A stretch of DNA of 64,000 nucleotides, from positions 36,642,001-36,706,000 of the forward strand of contig CM126218.1 in the NCBI GenBank assembly GCA_052327205.1, written 5' to 3'. The stretch comes from Somniosus microcephalus. Taxonomy: Eukaryota. Position 1 is the stretch's first letter; every line of letters begins with the position of its first letter. Positions 63,401-64,000 of this stretch are shown here, one piece after another. The notes under the pieces are model-generated. The model searched no databases. It was not told where the DNA came from and saw nothing but the letters and a program-made list of their open reading frames with translations. The translations under genes were made by a program, and so were the position numbers.

Positions 63401-63921
63401 AAACTTTTCACCCGGCCGATAATTGCGCCCCAAATGGGGCGATACTGAATTTCTCCCCCTTGTAGTCTTAAAAAGGTTATCTACATTGATGTGTAATTGC
63501 ATTTAGAATCATTGAAATTGGACATCTGTTATATTTATGTGACCAATAAATGGCAGTTTACATCTGGGCAAAGCAGGGAAAAAAATACCTTTTCAATTAA
63601 ATAGTGACAGGTTGCAACAAGCGAAGCACCAGAAACCTAAAAATTTAAATAGGCCAACTGTTCTCACATGAACGAAACATATAGGAATTAATAGAAAATG
63701 GTCCATTCACAATTTTTAAGCACGCTTCTCTTTCCTACTATTCAGGCCATTTGATCAATGCAGAAAGAAGATCAACCTTGACAAGTACATCAAGAGTTGT
63801 CACTTTGACCATTGCCAGCTAAATTCAACCGTTGACTGTACTAGCCTGGAAGCTGCTGCTATGGCTTGTGCAAGTATAGGCATATGTGTCAATTGGAGGG
63901 CTTTCACAAATGGACTGTGCA
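400..63921 (+). CDS. MUC2-like: Gel-forming mucin (MUC2/MUC5AC/MUC5B family), internal part: multi-exon PTS/CysD region followed by vWD (D4) and C8 exons; gene is partial at both ends
   Basis: About 78 AG/GT-bounded exons splice in frame. They encode Thr-rich repeats, CysD domains (WSPW...GDSE...CxDYxIRVCC), then ...[25 protein letters not shown]... (cf. MUC2 [25 protein letters not shown]), NNTQGQCGSC and a C8-type PFDQC...CHFDHC...C.SLEAAA..CASIGICVNWR. The exact paralogue is uncertain. Confidence 0.9.
1095..1439 (+). CDS. CysD (Mucin2_WxxW) exon copy 1, 345 nt
   Basis: Acceptor ttttctgttacag, donor GTAAAT. Encodes EVVCHGKWSPWFNEH...CYDYKIRVCC plus a short Thr/Ser tail; 8 Cys; WxxW motif; phase 1-1. 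Confidence 0.93.
1676..1735 (+). CDS. PTS micro-exon type B, 60 nt, (V)TTTTKGTTTTPIIVETSTT(G); further copies at 5107, 7319, 10750, 14181, 17612, 21043, 23255, 26686, 30117, 33548, 36979
   Basis: T-rich tract followed by a weak AAG acceptor (gttcacAAG), strong donor CAG|GTAAGT, phase 1-1. Confidence 0.75.
2022..2081 (+). CDS. PTS micro-exon type C, 60 nt, (E)GITTTVKTTTTGSTIGSTP(G); further copies at 5453, 7665, 11096, 14527, 17958, 21389, 23601, 27032, 30463, 33894, 37325
   Basis: Acceptor ttcttgttcttcag, donor GTGAGT, phase 1-1. Confidence 0.88.
2758..2817 (+). CDS. PTS micro-exon type B', 60 nt, (V)TTTTKGTTTTPIIVDTSTT(G); further copies at 6189, 8401, 11832, 15263, 18694, 22125, 24337, 27768, 31199, 34630
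   Basis: Weak acceptor ttttgAAG, donor CAG|GTAAGT, phase 1-1; paralogue of B. Confidence 0.72.
3092..3151 (+). CDS. PTS micro-exon type C', 60 nt, (E)GVTTTVKATTTGSTTGPTP(G); further copies at 6523, 8735, 12166, 15597, 19028, 22459, 24671, 28102, 31533, 34964
   Basis: Acceptor ttcctgttctgcag, donor GTGAGT, phase 1-1; paralogue of C. Confidence 0.88.
4526..4870 (+). CDS. CysD exon copy 2
   Basis: Same translation as copy 1 (ORF 4501..4878). Confidence 0.92.
7222..9433 (+). repeat. Short 2,212-bp cassette lacking exon A and the CysD exon (1,219-bp deletion)
   Basis: Junction ggatttgcAGTatcaataaa fuses unit positions 360-362 with 1579-1581 through 3-bp AGT microhomology. Confidence 0.92.
10169..10513 (+). 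CDS. CysD exon copy 3
   Basis: Same translation as copy 1. Confidence 0.92.
13600..13944 (+). CDS. CysD exon copy 4
   Basis: Same translation as copy 1. Confidence 0.92.
17031..17375 (+). CDS. CysD exon copy 5
   Basis: Same translation as copy 1. Confidence 0.92.
20462..20806 (+). CDS. CysD exon copy 6
   Basis: Same translation as copy 1. Confidence 0.92.
23158..25369 (+). repeat. Second short 2,212-bp CysD-less cassette
   Basis: Same junction and same private variants as the 7222 unit (gaattttgtttt; ACA>TCA in exon B; cagcaattgtg). Confidence 0.92.
26105..26449 (+). CDS. CysD exon copy 7
   Basis: Same translation as copy 1. Confidence 0.92.
29536..29880 (+). CDS. CysD exon copy 8
   Basis: Same translation as copy 1. 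Confidence 0.92.
32967..33311 (+). CDS. CysD exon copy 9
   Basis: Same translation as copy 1. Confidence 0.92.
36398..36742 (+). CDS. CysD exon copy 10 (diverged edge copy)
   Basis: Five amino-acid differences from copies 1-9 (R>L, E>G, E>Q, TT>IA); splice sites intact. Confidence 0.9.
38083..39215 (+). pseudogene. Harbinger (HARBI1-like, DDE_Tnp_4) transposase with a frameshift near 38,993
   Basis: Motifs FYATGSFQ, GTIDCTH, KGFHSLNIQLVCD, PGSSHD, L(W)DKGY, RNIIEHTIGVLKQRFRCL. The C-terminus GALQYSPERVSHFVVVCCMLHNLAI...acidic run...RF* is in another frame. AATAAA at 39329. Confidence 0.88.
39520..41348 (-). pseudogene. Harbinger Myb/SANT-like DNA-binding partner gene, 3 exons (41348-41111, 40879-40717, 40557-39520), disabled
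   Basis: MERARE*AERFSEGTLQVLVDAVERRRSILFP...AWREVAHRV...QCRKKFNDL with GT-AG introns. Disablements: premature TGA (likely CGA), a frameshift in exon 1, a frameshift at the C-run near 40,330. Minus-strand AATAAA at 39343-39348. Confidence 0.8.
41889..46492 (-). mobile_element. CR1 LINE, near-complete decayed ORF2 (APE endonuclease + RT), interrupted by a nested element
   Basis: ORFs 44706..45371 (GNYRPVSLTS, YLDFQKAF) and 44146..44667 (VPQRSVLGP, KLADD). Endonuclease-like GGGVVVFVRD near 46,310. CR1 3' tail at about 41,890-41,945. Confidence 0.88.
42476..44235 (-). mobile_element. Degraded Harbinger-derived non-autonomous element nested in the CR1
   Basis: GC-richer block splitting the CR1 RT; imperfect GGCT... 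termini; relic Myb-like peptide (LRLSYNSLHMLMEGVTARRGVPFP...KPFNDL) on the minus strand. Confidence 0.55.
46544..46973 (+). mobile_element. 5'-truncated CR1 3' fragment
   Basis: Relic coding LSYEERL...RMRGDLI...FFTQR; tail cctgctcctaattcttatgtt; flanked by duplicated ttcttccc. Confidence 0.8.
47241..48448 (+). pseudogene. B-type micro-exon split by an insertion (pseudo-exon)
   Basis: The 5' half (...gggacaacaaccacac) ends at about 47,276 and the 3' half (ctgttattgctgacactactacaccag|gtaagc) resumes at 48,421. The 5' half also carries indel-like damage. Confidence 0.75.
47277..48420 (-). mobile_element. About 1.14-kb insertion, probable solo LTR
   Basis: Short terminal inverted repeats (tgaaaggataa / ttattccttca). 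On the minus strand CCAAT (~47,928), TATAAAA (~47,913) and AATAAA (~47,770) occur in LTR order. No convincing ORF; TSD not resolved. Confidence 0.5.
48734..48793 (+). CDS. Diverged C-type micro-exon (A)GITTTVKATTTGSTTGSTP(G)
   Basis: cagCAG acceptor, GTGAGT donor, 60 nt, phase 1-1. Confidence 0.8.
49411..49473 (+). CDS. Diverged A-type micro-exon (E)VTTTTKGTTSTTVSTASSTT(G)
   Basis: AG acceptor, GTAAGT donor, 63 nt, phase 1-1. Confidence 0.8.
49761..49820 (+). CDS. Diverged C-type micro-exon
   Basis: ttcttcag acceptor, GTGAGT donor, 60 nt. Confidence 0.8.
50379..50435 (+). CDS. C-type micro-exon, 57 nt (first codon lost)
   Basis: ttcttcag|GAGTCACT...ACCGG|gtgagt; frame preserved. Confidence 0.78.
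50584..51256. mobile_element. MITE-like non-autonomous DNA element with internal hairpins
   Basis: Imperfect TIRs GGCCCGTAATTTCCGAT / ATCGGAAAATACAGGCC, AT-rich core, interrupts cassette intron; related copy at 61218-61709. Confidence 0.7.
51778..51840 (+). CDS. Diverged A-type micro-exon (E)VRTTTSETTTTTGSTASPTT(G)
   Basis: ttttcag acceptor, GTGAGT donor, 63 nt. Confidence 0.8.
52062..52121 (+). CDS. Diverged C-type micro-exon (E)RITTTVTAITTGFTASSTT(G)
   Basis: ttcttcag acceptor, GTAAGT donor, 60 nt. Confidence 0.8.
52306..52709 (+). CDS. Terminal divergent CysD exon + short PTS + start of the C-terminal Cys-rich region (phase 1-0)
   Basis: EVVCNGVWSDWFNEN...CLDYRIRVCC...GCYCDINPPRK followed by donor gtaagt. 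Confidence 0.9.
53620..54796 (+). mobile_element. 5'-truncated non-LTR retrotransposon (CR1/L2-group RT), frameshifted
   Basis: ORFs 53658..54041 (GVPQGSVLGP, MFADD) and 53960..54733; 3' AATAAA and short A-rich tail. Confidence 0.85.
56062..56233 (+). CDS. Mucin Cys-rich pre-D4 exon CNESWEVNCSKHTC...GCCEQWECD
   Basis: tttctag acceptor, GTTAGT donor, phase 0-1; Cys spacing matches the MUC2 region before vWD4. Confidence 0.88.
56341..56573 (+). CDS. vWD (D4) exon 1: [32 protein letters not shown]...
   Basis: Classic vWD N-terminus; ttttag acceptor, GTAAGT donor, phase 1-0. Confidence 0.92.
57380..57855 (-). mobile_element. DeuSINE/SacSINE1-like SINE fragments
   Basis: Recognised from memory: ttgtatttatacagtgcctttca...cccaaagcgcttt...tacttttgaagtgtag tail and a ctgacaatgcaacattcactcagcactacactg segment. 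Confidence 0.5.
58183..59858 (+). mobile_element. CR1 LINE, 5'-truncated RT region
   Basis: ORFs 58247..58774, 58817..59185 and 59186..59767 carry CR1 RT motifs (KSPGPD, NYRPVSLTS, YLDFQKAFDKV, RPHLEYCVQFW); tail ttctatgtttctat. Confidence 0.92.
60120..60303 (+). CDS. vWD (D4) exon 2: LTVNGNDVSLPYSSNGF...FFNNTQGQC(G)
   Basis: ttcacag acceptor, GTATGT donor, phase 0-1; GQCG motif. Confidence 0.9.
60445..60655 (+). CDS. vWD end / linker exon: (G)SCSHSPAQCTRKNG...ICDIIQE(K)
   Basis: ttag acceptor, GTAAGT donor, phase 1-2. Confidence 0.88.
60730..60910 (-). mobile_element. CR1 3'-end fragment
   Basis: acaggccattcggcccaac hairpin and following sequence match the CR1 tail at 41,920-42,060. Confidence 0.65.
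61218..61709. mobile_element. MITE related to 50584-51256
   Basis: Shared ggctaaaaataa..ttacctt and ctggtaaaag.agg...tgcttttaccaggcgtaaga blocks; imperfect terminal IR (aatttgcgg / ccgcaaatt). Confidence 0.65.
62030..62530 (-). mobile_element. CR1 3'-end fragment
   Basis: atagaaccatagaa tail and gccattcggccc motif followed by relic RT C-terminus. Confidence 0.65.
62656..63459. mobile_element. 804-bp non-autonomous Harbinger derivative related to the 37581-41709 element
   Basis: Right end gatactgaatttctccccc is identical to that of the large element; left end GGGGGTAAAATTC; TSD TTG; subterminal regions homologous. Confidence 0.85.
63746..63921 (+). CDS. C8 domain exon: (K)PFDQCRKKINLDKYIKSCHFDHC...CASIGICVNWRAFTNGLC
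   Basis: ttcag acceptor, GTAAGT donor, phase 2-1; C8 cysteine pattern. Confidence 0.9.
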
Positions 63922-63929
63922 GTAAGTAT

Positions 63930-64000
63930 TAACAATATATATTAATGATCTAGACGAGGGAACTAGATGTAATATCTCCAAGTTTTCAGACAACACAAAG
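63930..64000 (+). mobile_element. Start of another CR1 RT fragment
   Basis: TIYINDLDEGTRCNISKF, similar to 58,880-58,935; runs off the window. Confidence 0.6.

Overview
This is eukaryotic (vertebrate) genomic DNA; the CR1 LINE, DeuSINE-like and Harbinger repertoire suggests a cartilaginous fish, which is an inference. The whole window lies inside one + strand gel-forming mucin gene (MUC2/MUC5 family); neither end of the gene is in the window. Bases 1-37.6 kb are a near-identical tandem array of a 3,431-bp exon+intron cassette. Each cassette has five 60-63-nt Thr-rich micro-exons and one 345-nt CysD (WxxW) exon, all phase 1-1, giving 216 codons per unit. Two cassettes are 2,212-bp variants lacking CysD, and the array forms a 15,936-bp higher-order repeat. 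At 37,581 the homogenised array ends at a 4.1-kb PIF/Harbinger transposon with decayed transposase and Myb/SANT genes. After it come diverged cassettes carrying nested CR1, Harbinger, LTR-like and MITE insertions, a divergent 11th CysD exon, and single-copy vWD(D4)/C8 exons in which the autocatalytic GDPH motif reads GEPH. By manual splicing the window holds about 78 coding exons (62 micro-exons, 11 CysD, 5 C-terminal), roughly 2,860 codons. All coordinates were read by eye and no alignment or database search was run.
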